Below, one piece after another: positions 39,736 to 54,407 of a DNA stretch of 64,000 nt. The DNA is from Lama glama (Eukaryota), in assembly GCA_028534125.1 (NCBI GenBank), contig CM052817.1:70682001-70746000 (forward strand), in the 5' to 3' direction. The notes under the pieces were generated by a model. That model did not search any database. It saw only the letters and a list, made by a program, of their open reading frames with translations, and was not told the origin of the DNA. Numbering within the stretch: position 1 is the stretch's first letter; every line of letters starts with the position of its first letter. The position numbers and the translations under genes are program-made.

Positions 39736-40432
39736 AAAGAAGAGGCTCAAGGCTTGGGTGACTGTGCTTGGGTGTGCTGTCATAAAAATCCAAGAACAGG
39801 GAGAAATGTAGCCATCTCATTACACAAACGACCTAATGGTCACTAACGACATGGGTCATCAGGGAATTAATTCCTGACTGAATTTCCATGAAGGAGGTAA
39901 TGAATGCATATGAAAGCACAAACTAGGGGCTCAATAAATATTAGTTCCTTCTTTTGTTTTATTTATATTCTCTTTTGTTATATTCAGTCATTAAGTGATC
40001 ATAATATATTTGAGTATTTGATAAGAAATGTTAAATATGTATGGGAATAAAACAGAGATGAACATCACCTTCCAATGGTCGTATCAAAGAGGCAGTTTAA
40101 TATAGTGAAAAGAATCTGGAATAAAGAGTTCAAACACTTACAGGTTTTCACGAATGTGTGAAGTGAGCCAACTTCCAATTAACCTCTTTGACTTTGGTCT
40201 GCCAGGAAATCTGGTAAATTGTACTAGCTCTACCAGGTTTATTATTGCAGCAAAGCTTATAAACTATTTCCATGCTATATTACTGTCATACTGTCAATGA
40301 AAATAAGATTCTAAACAATTTTACACATCTTAATAAAAAGCTAAAATTTCTTAGTCAGAAGTTTCATCTCCAGAGGACATCAGAGAAAATACCATAAATA
40401 CTGCAAACAACAGTAAATATTCCAAAAAGCAA

Positions 40433-40719
40433 ATGTTGTCCCTTGGTATTCACAAGGACCAAAATCTTCGAATCCTCAAGTTTCCTATGTGAAATGGTAT
40501 AGTATTTGCATAAAACCCAGGCACATTCTCCTGCATACTTTAAAATCATCTCTGGAGTACTTTTAATACCCAATACAATGTAAATGCTATGTAAATAGTT
40601 GCCGGTGTATGGCAGCTTCAAGTATAGCTTTTAGGAAATTTCTGAAATTTTTTTCCCTAATCTTTCCTGTCCGTGGTTGTTTGAATCCACAGAACCCATG
40701 ATATGAAGCACTGACTGTA
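40433..40719 (+). mobile_element. MER2-family (TcMar-Tigger) MITE
   Basis: gtcccttggtattc...aaatggtatagtatttgcataaaacc...aatacaatgtaaatgctatgtaaatagttg...ctgactgta. Confidence 0.85.
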
Positions 40720-42737
40720 AGCTTCTCCATTCTGGAGGCAGAAAAATGGAAATGACAAGGCAAAGGAAAGAGCAGGAGACTGAGCTTGTGGTCAGGGAGG
40801 GAAAGAGTGAGTAAGAAGCAGTGAGCAGATGGAGAAGCCCCTGGGCAGACAGATGCGGGGGTAGGGAGCCCCAGAGGTGAGTGTATGCAAAGCTCAGATG
40901 CCCCTCCACCCTAACTGATCCCAGGAATGAGTGTCCAACAGCTGCAGACGGCTCTGGGGAGGGAGAAACCTGTCTGGGCGCAGAGGAGACTGCAGATCAT
41001 CCTTTCTGAACCACCTATCCTCCCCCAGTGTCCAGCTACGTTCAGAAGACTAAGCCAGGTTTACCTTCAGATCTTCCGGATTAACCTTACAAGTAGGCAC
41101 AGATTAATTTCAGAGACTTCCCCAAAGTCCTCCCACCTGCTTACTCGCTTAATGACTAAAATTCTTTCAACAGAGACCAAAGCTTTGCATTCCACACTTA
41201 GAAGTAAAAGTCTTAAACAGCAAATGGCCTGGTAGAAGTAGAATAGTACCTAAAATTTACTTTCTCCATACTCATAAATAGAACATCCCCAGGAGGTAAT
41301 ACAGGCCAAAGGTTGTCACCCTGTGCTTCATACCAACTATCAGAGCAGCTCCAATTTGTCATATTTGCAGTAAAAGTTTGCTGGCTAAAATAACTTTATA
41401 AATCATATTCCTCCAGACATAAAATTAAGGACAAGAGAGGTGGAAACAATCTGCGGAAGGTCCCACACAGCAGCTGCCAACTTCCTGATTCCAAACTCAG
41501 TGCTCTTTGAATCACCACGTTTCCCTTCCTTTTTGAACTCACACTGCATGTGAGTTTCTGAGAGACTGGATACAACCAGAGCGGACTTTCCAAACTGCTT
41601 CACTCTATCAATGGCCTCCCTCCTATTCTTCCAACAGGCTACTTAGACAGATGTGTTATTACTCGCTACAGTCTCCCTCTAGACTGTAAGCTCTTGAGGG
41701 TAGGATTATCTTGTTCATCCTTATGTCTCTAGCAACTGGCACAGGGCTTATCACTTGATGAACCTTTATAGAATTCAGCCTACGGGCTATTTGATGCATA
41801 CCAACGTTATTTCATACCACATTAATTTTTCAAAGAAATAATTTTTCTTATTCAGGAGATTCATTTCCCAAGATATTTTAAATCAGCATGTACTGCACTG
41901 TAACATGCAGCCTTGTTTATTTTAAATATCTTTTATGTGTGTGTTTTTGTTTCAAATTTCCTCAAGTTTCTAATCTCTGTGGAATGTCAGTTTATAAAAG
42001 AAAGTTAATCATAATAAATAATAGGTAATAATTTAAGTTTACAATAGCCAAGCTCCATAACTCTCACTACAGAGTATTTTCCAGATATATAGCATTTATT
42101 TTAAAGGCAATGAATTCCACTGAAAAGTTGTAAAAAGTATTTCCCCCTCTTTTTTTAACAACACGATATAATTACAAATGTTTCAGGGATTCTATTCTTA
42201 CAAGTTACCAGAGTAAAACAAAATATAAAAATGAACAGTAAGTTAGCAAAAATAGTTCATTAGTATTTTAGTTATAAACAACAAATATGAAGTTGCTACA
42301 TTTTTGTTTTCATACCCTGACCAGGCCATATCATAATTTTAATAGACTATGAATATCTATAATGTACTGGCACCCTAAGATTAGTTGTTAAAGTTGTTTT
42401 GTCAAATTCTAGAGGGGATTTTTAAAAATCAAATTAAAAAACCAAATTTTTAAGATAACTATATAAGTGTTTCTTTCATAAACATGCTTATTTTCTAGCT
42501 TTTATACCAAGAACTATTTGATAATTCCAAGTAAAACTTACGATGCATAAAGTACATGCAGAAAATGTGTTCAATTAATGAGGATAAAACAGTGTGACTC
42601 AGGGAAGGTATAAAAAGAGAAAAAGAACTTCCTGCAGTGGCTAATAGTTTGAGTACATTAACAGTGTGCACATGAGGCCATCTAAAGCCAGCTGGGTGGA
42701 CTTGTATGGGTACACCAGTTTAAACGTAAAACACATA

Positions 42738-43221
42738 TGTGCACAACTTGTTTTATTGTGCTTCGTTTTATTATCCTTCACAGATATTATGTTTTTTACA
42801 AATTGAAAATTTGTGGCAACCTTGTGTCAAGCAAGTCTGTCAGCACCATTTTTCCAACAGCATTTGCCTACTTCATGTCTCTGTCTCACATTTTGGTGAT
42901 TCTTGCAATATTTCAAACTTTTTCATTATGTTTGCTATGGTGATCTCTGGTCAGTGATTTTGATGTTACTTCTACAACTCGCTTTTTGAAGGCTCAGATG
43001 ATGGTTAGCATTTTTTGGCAATAAAGTATTTTTTAATTAAGGTCTGTACGTTGTTTTATTTAGACATAATGCTGTTGCACACTTAATAGACTACAGTATA
43101 GCATAAATGTAACTTTATATGCACAGGAAAACCAGCAAGTTTGTGTGACTCTTTTTAATGTGATATTCGATTTACTGCAGTGGTCTGGAACCGAACCTGC
43201 CGTGTCTCTGAGGTGTTCCTG
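42738..43221 (+). mobile_element. Internally deleted Tigger1 derivative (both ends retained)
   Basis: The Tigger1 5' end (ttttattgtgcttcg...tttgtggcaacc...ccattttccaacagca) joins its 3' end (gaaggctcagatgat...gtggtctggaaccgaacc...gaggtgttcctg|ta). Confidence 0.9.
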
Positions 43222-43535
43222 TATTTCCTTGGGGTAGTAGCCAAAGCAATTAAAAGCCACAGTTTAGAAGAAAATAGGCTAGTTATTCCAGAATATACTT
43301 CTCATTAGGAGACTTCTTAAGCAGCAAGGCATGCCCTTCTGGCAAAGTATGTTTCTATCTTTCCCATGAAATACATTGAGAGCAGGACTCTCATTCTAGC
43401 TACTTCTGTATTTTTCCAATTTTAAATAAAGGGAAATTTCAATAATTGTTATTAAAATATTTTAAATGAGTCAAAGTTACTTACATCAAATTGTGGTGGT
43501 GATTCTAATTCTTGACATTACTTGATCATTAGAGG

Positions 43536-43694
43536 TTTTTTTTTTAATTGAAATATAGTTGATTTACAATGCTTCAGGTGTGGAGCAAAGTGATTCAGTT
43601 ACGTATATATATTCTTTTTCAGATTCTTTTCTATTATAGGTTATTACAAGATATTGAATATAGTTCCCCATACTATACAATAGATCCTTGTTGT
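43536..43694 (-). mobile_element. Short L1 3' end (same family as 6785 and 15347)
   Basis: Poly(T) then aattgaaatatagttgatttacaat...gtgattcagtt...ttattacaagatattgaatatagttccc. Confidence 0.85.
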
Positions 43695-45119
43695 AGGGTA
43701 ATTTTTAAATTGGTCGAGTTTCTCCTCCTCATGAAGACAGGGTCAAAATTGCCTTTTAAACCTTCTCCTTCTTTCCAGTTATGTCATTGTTAAGTTCAGT
43801 TGTTGCTTGTGCCAAGCTTAGATGAAGCATTTCATGTTTACCCAAGAATTAATTGATATTTGTAAATTTTATAATTTGGGGGAAATGACCATATTTATGA
43901 GATAATTGGAGACTCTCACAAGAACATACTGGGAAACTATTGCACTTAAACAGTAAAAGAAAGGGATATTCAAACCGAGGGCAGTGAAACATTTTCTGGG
44001 TTTTGTGTAGATGCTTTGTTTCCAGAAATGGAATTCTAGCATATATGGAGTTGTCTTTATTGCTGTTTTCAATATTTAAATAATAAATATAGTAGAATAT
44101 TCAGTAGAAACTGGTCAAGACTACAAATAGCCAGTGTTGCAGTTCATTGACTTTAATGAGGTCTGATGTTGCACAGTTGTTATTTCTATCATTCTTCTCC
44201 CACACGTAAAGTGTTTCATTATTACAGCACTAGAATGTTTTACCCCATGATCCTACAGGGGATTTGTCATGACAGCCTTTTGAAAAACTTCTACTTGCAA
44301 AGGAGGGGGCTGCAAGATGTCAGAGAGCAGGGGCTGGGAAATAGGAAAGATGTGTTTTTTTGTGTGAGATTATCTGCTATACAATGAGTGGTTATTACAT
44401 ATACAATGTCATATATTAACATGAAAATAAAGTTCAATTCCCAAGCTTGCAAAAAAATTTAAATGAGCTCTCCAGAGTCCATGTTTGTAATGGAATGTAG
44501 AGTGGTAAACAGATCTTTTAAAGATAAAGAAAATTTTTAATCTAGCCCCCCAAAATGACAAGATCAATGGTTGAGTGTAGTTTGTCACATGCTCAATAAA
44601 TTTAAATAATGTTAATTCTTAGTTTATCAGGGATTGAAACAATCTTCCTTTCGGGAAATGGAAAAGAAAGTGGGCTAATGGAAACTGGGAAATGTTTTCA
44701 TTAATGGCTTTGCAATGTCGCATGATTTTGCCAAATAGCTGATGGATGACTTAAACACAGCAGCAGCACATACACCATTACACACATGTAAACAGCCCAC
44801 ATGTCTTTAAGCTGATACTAAATTAATTGTTGATGTCTACTGCCAAAATTAGTCACCAATAGGAAAAATAACCATAACAGAACTGGCTTAACACTGAAAA
44901 TTAGTGATGGAGAATGAATAAACAAAAGTCAAAATAGGAGTAGGAGTACTTCAGAGGGAAAGGGCACATGGGGGTCTAAATCTGATGAAACAAGCATGAA
45001 GGCACTAAAGCAATTAGAACAGGAAAGATAAAATAGGAGCATGTCCATGGAAGTCAGCAAACCTGATCACATAATGCCATTGGGAAAAAAACACAAAATA
45101 CTTGGATATAATAAAAAGG

Positions 45120-45330
45120 GTAATAATGACAGTTAATATTTATGAGTGTTCATCACCCATCTGGCATGGGGTAAGCACTGCCCAAGCATCATTTTATTTA
45201 TTTATACTAATTGTGCTATAGCAATACAATTTTGGAAGGTGATGTATAAAGAGATTAAGTGACTTGCTCAACACACCTCGTTAAGTGGTGGGTTAGGAAT
45301 TTATAACCAGAGAGTCTGCTCCCAAATTGA
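45120..45330 (-). mobile_element. MIR SINE
   Basis: gttaatatttatgagtgtt...gagattaagtgacttgctcaac...aagtggtgggttaggaattt. Confidence 0.7.
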
Positions 45331-46214
45331 GAACTCCAAAACTAAAGACTGGCTTGTTTACCAAGCACACTATGGATCATTCTATTTTCTAATACAAACC
45401 CATAGGGCTGCCATTAAGGAAAATAGGAGCTTTAATAAACTTGGAAAGAAGAGGTTCACGAGCATCTCTGAAAGCCTCTGTTTACAGTTACAGTTTATAG
45501 ACTTATTTTTGCCTTCTCATTTTCAGTGTAAAGTAATCATGAGAAATTACTGGCTCAAAGTTGATAAACCTTAATTTTATAAAATTAAAAAGGAACTATG
45601 CTCTCTCCATACACTGAAAACATTCATGGTTAACCTAGTGGGATGTGACTAGCACTTATTTATGTATATGCTCAGTTAATACACTCTTATACAATGCATG
45701 CTAGTTTTTTTAAAAAAAATTATTGATGGTAAGAACACTTAACATGAGATCTACCCTCTTGACAAAGATTTAAGTGTACAACACAGTCTTGTTAACTATA
45801 GCATGCACACCAGATTTAATAAGTCGTTCACACATAAGTATTTAGAATGAGACAACTAAGAAACATACTGGATCTTTTAGAAATGAGGGATAGTTTCTAT
45901 TGTGCTCACTATTGTATTCTCAGTACTTGGCACATGATTAAATGTTAGTTAAATGGATGACTATGTGTTTTAAAAGCGGGAATAATAGTTTTACAGTATT
46001 TCTTCTGGTTGAAAAAAACAGCACAGTACAATTTTTAAAACAGCCTATAGAAACACAACTGGCCCCAAATGGAGTTGCTTATGCCAAACCCCAGATCACC
46101 AAACTGAGACATATTATTTTAATATATTTCATTGTGCAATGTCCCTGATCAATAAGCTTCCATATAAATATGGAAAAAAGTATATTTGCCTGAAATACAA
46201 GGTTTTCCTACTAG

Positions 46215-46822
46215 TGAAACTGAGCCAGGACCCTATGTGCTCCTTCTAGGTACAAAAGCCCCTCCATGGTCCCCATCTCTTGTTTATAGAAAAAGACTTT
46301 AGTCTCCTAGACCTTCCCTGATTTCCAAAGAACAGACTCAAGTAGTTACTAATTAGGGAAGTAAGGAAATGCAGAAAAAAAGGAAAAGCAAATACTTCAG
46401 TGATAAAACAGAGTGCTAGTTCCTTCTCAAGGGATATACATAACAATCTAACATATATCTTTGAGCTGTTCTGCAGAAACAAAGACCCTCACTTAGGTGG
46501 AGGATGAGACACCATGCAGACTACAAGCACTAGATCCCAGACTGGCTGGAACCAGAATATTGATGATTTAGATTCTTGAACTATCACCCTGATACCTCAC
46601 CACCAACCAATCAGAAGAAAGTGCACAAGCTGCAACTCTCCTCCCAAATGTTGCCCTTAAAAACCTTCCCTGAAATCCACTCAGGAGTCTGGGTCTTTTG
46701 AGCATGAGCTGCCCATTCTCCTTGCTTGTCACCCTGCAATAAATGCTATACTGACAACCTGGTGTCAGTAGATTGGCTTTGCTGTGCTGTGGGTGAGCAG
46801 ACCCAAGTTTGGTTTGGTAACA
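46215..46822 (+). mobile_element. ERV1-type solo LTR (~608 bp)
   Basis: TG...CA termini (tgaaactgag...ttggtaaca), ccaatcag box, aataaa near 46738, and near-identical 4-bp flanks ctag/ctaa. Confidence 0.8.
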
Positions 46823-48899
46823 CTAAGAAAACCTAGTCCCACTATTACTCAACCCCAAGTCTCCATCCTACATAAGAATCTCCTTTGCCTAATCCCTGGT
46901 CTTTCATCATTCTTGTTGTTTCATTATTTAAATTTAATTTCAAGAAGACATAATATAGGGCTATCCTTTTTTCCCTTGTCATGCATGTATTTGGCCCATT
47001 GTTCGCTGATCTTTTTTCCAACATACCCATGAATTGATTCTGTTGTAATATAAATTCTGCTTTGCAATATTACTGTCAGCTTAATAATCATTTTAACAGA
47101 GTTGTTAAAAGTTTCACAATTCTTTAAAAAGTGTGTAATAAAATACATTATTCTTGGTTTCCTAAAGCAATAGGAATGGCATTTCATACTTCGTACCATA
47201 CTTAAAGGAGGAACAGCTATTTGCCTATATAAGGAACTAATTTGCTCAATGTTATGATGTATTTGAAAGGTCATGCATATGAAAAGTGCTCTACTAAATG
47301 TCAAATTATCTTGTTAAACTAACTGAGAACAAAAAGCATTGCCAGTTAGGGTAATGGCTGGCCTCCCATAGAAATGCTAATACAGGTGATCTTCACCAGA
47401 AAATCACGTCCCATTTGGCTATTAAAAAAGATACTTGAAATCTCCCAACCACCCCACAGAGTTTCATTGCCTCCTTCAAAGTAAACACAGTTGTTTCCTT
47501 ACAGTTAAATCTCAGATTCATCCTGACAAGCAAATTCCCTAGAATACAAAAATGGTATGGGCAGATTTCTATGAATAAAATGTTTCCCCATATGATTTCA
47601 TAATAAATCTGGCACTTTACTGCTGCTATTTCCATCACACGAGAAGCAAACATTTTCCAGTGAAACTACAGAAGGGCCAGTCCAAGACATACGATTTTAA
47701 CTTTGGAAGTTGAATTTATTTTTTATGCTTTATATGAGCTAACACAAAGTTTAAAAAATAGAAAGCCTTTTATTATGGTAGACACACACTCTTATGTCCT
47801 TAAATAATAAAGAAAAACATATACCAAAATCTTACTGGCTTCCTATCTGGCATCTTTTCTAATTAAGAAGGGAACCTTGGAGCATGCCAAGGTTTGGATG
47901 TGCTAGTACATAATATGTCTGAGACCTGACTACAAATGCCAACTATCCTTAAAGGGCTTATGAAAGACCCCAGAAAAATTAGACCAGGAATCCTGGAACT
48001 AACTATCAGGGGTAAAAGTTCAAGACTCACAACTTTAGAATATGAGGGACAGGGTAATTCCAAAGTAGAATTTGAGTTCTTTTATTTTGCAACTAGTTCT
48101 CCTAAGAGCTTTTCATAGGACAGAACAGTTTTAAAATACGGCATTTTATTTTGATACCAGGTAACATTAGAGGGAAAGCCTTCAAGGAAAATATTAACTG
48201 TAGTAATACAGAAGGAACCATGATGCTCAGAAATAAAATTGGTAGTATGAAATCTATTTTATGCTCCCTAGTAAAACGCCCTTATTTTTTTAATGTGCCA
48301 ATAAGTGGGCTCCTTAGGTGTCTTTCAAAACACAAAAGAAGGTGTCCTGAATAAGACAATTGTACAATATAATTAAAATAAATTTCTTACACAAAGAGCT
48401 TTGTGTAAAATCTTCAATAGAATAAATTTTCATTTATAGTGATTCTCCATATGTATATCTGAATGTGAACAAAAATAAGGAGATTGAGATCTTAATCAGT
48501 TTTGACACTACCTATATTCCATCCACATGCATATTTGTGAATATGTATGAATTAATCAGGTCATCCAACATTAATCATTCTCCATATTCAGCCTCCTCAT
48601 TACACAATCATTGTTAAGAAATTCTTAAGCTCTACTGGTAAGCTTTGAAGTTAGTTGTTAATATTCAAGGTGAAAAAGGATTCCTATAAATAAAATAAAT
48701 CTCTAGATACCTGATTTGAGTTGATTGTTCTCTGAATATTTTTGCTGAAATATAGGTGGGCATTTCTAAAACAGTTGCTAACTTTTAAAACATTTTAAGT
48801 TAAAGAATAGGTAAGAATGTCTTATGCTATCAGCACTGTGTATGTATGGTTTCTTCCTGAAAAGATCCCATGAGCTTGTTAAAAATACAAGGCCTAAAA

Positions 48900-49500
48900 C
48901 AAAAACAACTAAAGAACAATGTTAGCCAGTATACAATACAGTGTTACACTGTATATGGCATTGATTATACCGCAGAAGCTCACAGAAGAGAATTGGGAGA
49001 AGCTTCTCAAAGAGATGAAACGTTAGCCTGACTTAAAAGAGTAGTTAAAAAAAGGATAAGGCAGGTGAGAGAGTAAGCCAGGAATAAACAGCCACGTGCA
49101 CTGCAGCTAACCATGAGGTCACCTTCATGGAACATGAATCTTTGTTTGAAACAAGGTTGGGTAAGTAAGGTGAGTCTAGGTTACAGAAGAACTCAAAGGA
49201 CAGGAGAAGTTAGGAAATTTTCCAATAGATAATAGGAAGCCATTATAAACTGAGTAGCAACATACTGACATGAAGAAAGTGGTATATATTTTGGGAAGAC
49301 TAACCTGGCAGAAGTTAGCAAAGTCAATTTGGATCTCTCACAAAAGCTGTGACATAAAGTTAAGGAGTACAGTGATGGTAGAGACAAAAATTAGATACTA
49401 AAATTAATCTGATAAACAGACTTAAGCTTGGAGGCTTAATCAGATGTAGGGGATGAATAGGAGAGGTTGAAAGTAAAAAATGGCTCCAAGGATTTAAGCC
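48900..49500 (-). mobile_element. Degraded L2 fragment
   Basis: ggaagccattataaac...ttttgggaagactaacctggcag...aatggctccaaggatttaagcc. Confidence 0.5.
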
Positions 49501-52500
49501 TTATAGAATAAAAAACTGATATATATATATATATTTTAGTAGGTAGATAAAACAAAATGTTCTTCTGTCATTAACACAATAGTCAGATGTCAGTCTTGGG
49601 CCTTGGAAACAGTATCAGAATATTGGCATGTTAATATGAGTTAGATCCTCTGCAAAGTCTTTGTTTCTTCTTTCCAGATGTGATGCACAGATCTTTACAA
49701 TTGAAGGTGCAAACACAAAAACTAGGAAAAGTTTGCTCTTGTATTTGGACACTGATAGTATTCAAGGTGAGTTTCACAGACATAATGAAAAATTCCACCC
49801 AAGTAAAACAGATAATTACTTGATGATGATATTACAGAATCTATATCAACAAATTGCAAAACTGAGGCCACCAAACTTATTAAATAGTGCTATTTGTATC
49901 TTTCTATTGATTCCTTTTGGAATCTGTGAAATTCTTTTCAATATTTCTATTCACATACAGTGAGTTAATTCAGGATTTCCATCAGTGGACCATTGATCTG
50001 AATCATCCCTGAAATAAAGAGTTAGCAGGGTAAGATAGCAGGATTGAGAAACACAGACCTCCTATATCTTGTTGTCATGAAGTTCTACCAAGAAAAGACT
50101 GTACCAGAGTACCTTCCAGCAATATGCTCTATGGGAAACAACAGAAAATTCATTTCCTAACAAGTCTCCACAACTGCTCTCTAGTACCCACAGAAGTAGT
50201 AACTCTAGGTGCACCAAAGTAAATAAAAGAATGCCAGTTAAGTCAATTGATTGCACATCAAATAGGTAGGCACGCCACTGAGTGGGTATAGTAAGAGCAG
50301 CCACTGCCATCCTAATCTGTATCAGAGTGTGGAGGTCCTGTCGTGGGGAGGTGTAAGGCAGAGGGAAAGCCGTGCTGTATCAACTGCAGTGCTAGGCAGG
50401 TCAGCCAGACCCCACAATTCTTTGGCCTTTCAGAACTGTGGCAAGAACCAGGCAGTATTAATGAATGAGAGCAACGTGGTCTGCTTCTTTCAGGCTCAGC
50501 TAACCCCTAGGACTGATGGCTGCAGCTGAGAAATTCCACAGGGATTGAGGAGGGGAAGTGCCCAGGGCATGATGCAGGCACACAAATCCCTCTGGAGTCC
50601 TAACCATTCTGCCTGAGTACACACAATCATGAAGCAGTTGTTTGATCTTGCTACACACCCTGACTCCCTTGTGAAGAAATGTTCGGAAGTAAGACCACGC
50701 CCATTCGACTGCAACAGAAGTTGTAATAAATCTATAATAAATCAATAGCCAGTCTTTGTTCAACTTTGTCAACTATAATCTAATCAGATAAGTTCTACAT
50801 TTTGGAAGAATGTAGAGAACTGTCTTCTATAGCCACCTAACAGAAACATCTTGTTGCAATATAAAATACTCATGCAATAGCCTAAATAATGCCAAAATGC
50901 TTGTAAATACCTTTTTGTGCTTTACAGATGTGTGTGTATATCTAAAGAATACATTTTTCTCAGTTTTATTCCTTGCTTTTATTCTATTGGATGAGATAAC
51001 CAAAAAGGTCTAATATTAATTTAAAAGAAATCATATGAAGATTACTGAATAACCTCTATTTTTATTTAAAGACTATCTTCAGTTTGGTCATTAAGCCTAG
51101 ATTTTTGAGCCAAGATTGACAAGGCCTTCTTTATGATGATAGATTAAAGTATTCACTGTATGGCAAGGTTTTTCATTTCACTGCAGCCACCAATGATGAA
51201 ATGCAATATGGTGAGATTAAAAGTAGTACATAACTACCCTTTTGTAACAGTAATATCTTTGGTGAACCCACACATGCTATCAGTCATTTAAATCCAGAAC
51301 CTCAAGCTGAGCAGAATCCCATCAAAGTCTCTCCATGTCCCACCTGCCCAAGGGTGATACATACATCATTTGAAGCAAAGCTTAGTGACAGCTGCAGAAA
51401 TGTACTCAATGAATTTAAAATAGACAGCAATCTAGAATAATAGTGCTGGAACTATCTGAACATTCATTTTTAAATGAATTGTAACACTCCAGATCTGGAG
51501 CTGATTTGCTTCTGGTATACATCAGCATTACCACACTGGCTATTAGTCAGTTTTGAAGCCATCTTCCTGCCCTCTCACCCGGCCCCCTCGCCAAGCACCT
51601 CTCCTCGTAATACCCTGGCCATCCCAACCTCTTCCTTGATGCCCTCTGGATCTCCACACAAAATGGAGGAAAGACCTAGCCCAGCAGGAGATCTCGCAAA
51701 CTCTGTTCCAGCACTGAGGCTGCTATATATTCTGATTCGTTGATGCCTGTACCATACTGCTTGATTGGTATTTTGAATAATACCTTGCCCACCTCCATCA
51801 CCATTACTGCACTTGCTGTGTGGTATCACAATTACTCCTGTACAAATTGGCTTCCATCTATTATTCTCAGGCACTTGAGGGCAGGGAATCAGTCTATCTC
51901 ATTTCTGAGCCCTCATGCCTAGGAGAATGACTCATATTAATAGATGTGTGGTGAGTCTATGAATGAATAAGATGCAAAAATCAAATTTCATCATGTCACT
52001 TTGAGAATATAACATTCATAGATATATAATTCTCATTCTTACACAGTCTTCTTTATTTCTTATAGGGATTTTCACAAAGGCAAAGACATTTGTGCCTTTA
52101 AATTTTCTTTGACTTTCACATAGAAAGGCAGCAACGATGAACTAAAAATCCCAAGAGAGAACTCTTTTGAGTTAGTTGTGCTTTTTATCTTATTCCCGCA
52201 ACTTTCCAGGAAGTATAATAAGGTTTATAAAAGATAGCCTGAGTACAAAAATAAAAAAAAAAGTAAAGCCTCTTTTACCTGATTCAGTATAGAAATCATC
52301 TTAAGAACTTGCATTATTCAAATATTCATACTTTTGGAATTTGTACAGTTCCTGAGCGACTCCACCTTGCTCCTGGGCCCCCTCTTCCCTGCTTTAATAA
52401 GCAGCTCATCATCTAAACATAGTGTAACTCTTTGACTTTTGGGGGGAAAACCTTGAAAAAAAATTTTATCTTCACAACACTTTAAAATTAGAGTCATATA

Positions 52501-53399
52501 ATTTTTTTTTAATGCTTTGGTGCCAGACAGGAACCCACATTCTGTTTCATCACATTGGGGAACATTTAGGATATCAGGACACACAGTGGAAAAATCTCTT
52601 TACAGAAGAATATATTCTACACTTCCTGGTGAACAATTTTTGTTTTCTTTTCCAGGGAGTAGTTGATGTGCTATGTTTAGGCCACACATGAAAGTAATAT
52701 CTCCCTCATGAGACTGATTTTGGCTTATGCTGATTTTTTGAGGCCAAGATTATGGTAATGATTTAAGGGAGAAAGAAGCGAAACAGAATAGAAGGAGAAG
52801 ATGGAAGAAGAGGTAAAAAAAAAGTCCCAATCGAATTCAACATAATTAAATGATGTCTTAGGAAACCGAGAGGAGAGTCAGATCCCAAATAAAACTGAAG
52901 ACACTGGGATAGGGTCTTCATCAAGTAAACACTACTCTGTATTCTTTAGCCTGGTGCACCACAGTAATGTCAGAAGAGTTCAACAATAATCTAAAACCCC
53001 AAACTTGTCTTCTAAGTTTAGGTCCTATTCTACGAAATACCCAAGAGTCTACTGGGGCACGTGCCGCTGATTCAGTGGCTCCTCCAAGGCCAGCTGTGCA
53101 TATCTTCAGTAGCTTGGAAGCTGGCCAGTGCAGTAAGCCCCATGCTGGACTTGGGAAACTAATCTGCTCTATTATTGCTTTTTCACAGGTGGGACACCTG
53201 CCCTTTTCTTTTATCAATGTCTTCCTAACGACATATTAAAGCCTCCCCAAACTCAACACAGCATTTAGATCACTGTATTTGAGTGAAAAGATAAATTCAA
53301 TGAAGAAATACTGGTAATGGGTAAATAGGATATTTAGTCTAAGGGTCTGGTGCACATGCAACAGATTTATCATTCTTGACAGCCAGTCTAAAAGGGAAT

Positions 53400-53480
53400 G
53401 AGGGATGGGGAGAGAGGGAGGGAGGGAGGGAGAGATGGAGGATGGATGGAAGGAAGGAAGGAAGGAAGGAAGGAAGGAAA
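53400..53480 (+). repeat. Compound (GGGA)n/(GGAT)n/(GGAA)n microsatellite
   Basis: Directly visible tetranucleotide arrays. Confidence 0.95.
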
Positions 53481-54063
53481 AGAGAACCTAGTGCAAACCA
53501 AAACAAGCATGCTTTTGGGGTTCTATGAAAAGTGAAATCTATCTATGGCTCTATTTTCTGGGGAAAAAGCAAGAGAATTGGGGTTGTCTAGGAGATGTGG
53601 AAGCTTCTGGCTTCTAAGCATTTGAAAACTCATTTTATTTATTCACTTATAAAATAGGCATGGTGCTGATTACCTTAGACAGTTAAAATTTAAAAGATGC
53701 TGTTTAAAAAAATAAAAGCAAGATAGGCAATTTAGAAAAAATTTTAAAGCAAATTAAAAAAACTCTCATTTCCCTAAGACGATTATTGTTTAGCTTCAGT
53801 GTATTTTCATGGCTGTATGTTTGATAGGCTTGTTTTACATACATAACATTTTAAATCTTTGTTTCTTACTTAATCTCATATAAGAAGCACTTTCCATATT
53901 GCATCAGTCCTTAAAACCATTATCTTTAATCATATTTGGGTAAGTAGATGTTTCATTTTAGAGTAAATTACATAATCTTTGATCCTGTTAAACATTTTGT
54001 TTGCCCACACATTTTAACTGCTATTAACAATGCATCATGATGAACATCTTTGTGCATATGATT

Positions 54064-54407
54064 TGTGATGGTCTGAATGTTTGCATCCTCCTAAAATTCA
54101 TACGTTGAAATCCTAAGCGGCAAGATGAACGTATTAGGAGGTGGGGCCTTTGAGAGGTGAAGGCTTCATGAATGGGATTAGGGCCTTTATACAAGAGGCT
54201 CCAGAGAGATCCCTTGCCCCTTGTACCATGTGAGGACACAGTGAGAAGTCAGTAGTCTGCAGTTAGGGAGAGGGTCTTCACCAGAACCCAGCTATGCTGA
54301 TGCCATGATCTTGGACTTCTAGTCTCCAGAATTGTGAAAAATAAATTTCTGTTGTCTACAATCTACTCAATCTATGGTATTTTGTTTTAGCAGCCTGAAT
54401 AGACCAG
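54064..54407 (+). mobile_element. MLT1A-like (MaLR) solo LTR, apparently within an old minus-strand L1ME fragment (~53700-54660)
   Basis: tgtgatggtctgaatgtttg...aaattcatacgttgaaatccta...ggtggggcctttgagaggtga...ccatgtgaggacacagtgagaag...aataaatttctgttg. Confidence 0.9.

Noticed and set aside
48387..48408. Perfect 10-bp-arm inverted repeat ttacacaaag-ag-ctttgtgtaa
   Set aside because: Short and AT-rich, so plausible by chance in 64 kb; too short for a pre-miRNA.
52360..52400. Minus-strand GKRGPRSK as an extra collagen exon
   Set aside because: Gly-X-Y breaks after two triplets, the acceptor lacks a pyrimidine tract and the donor (gtggag) is poor.
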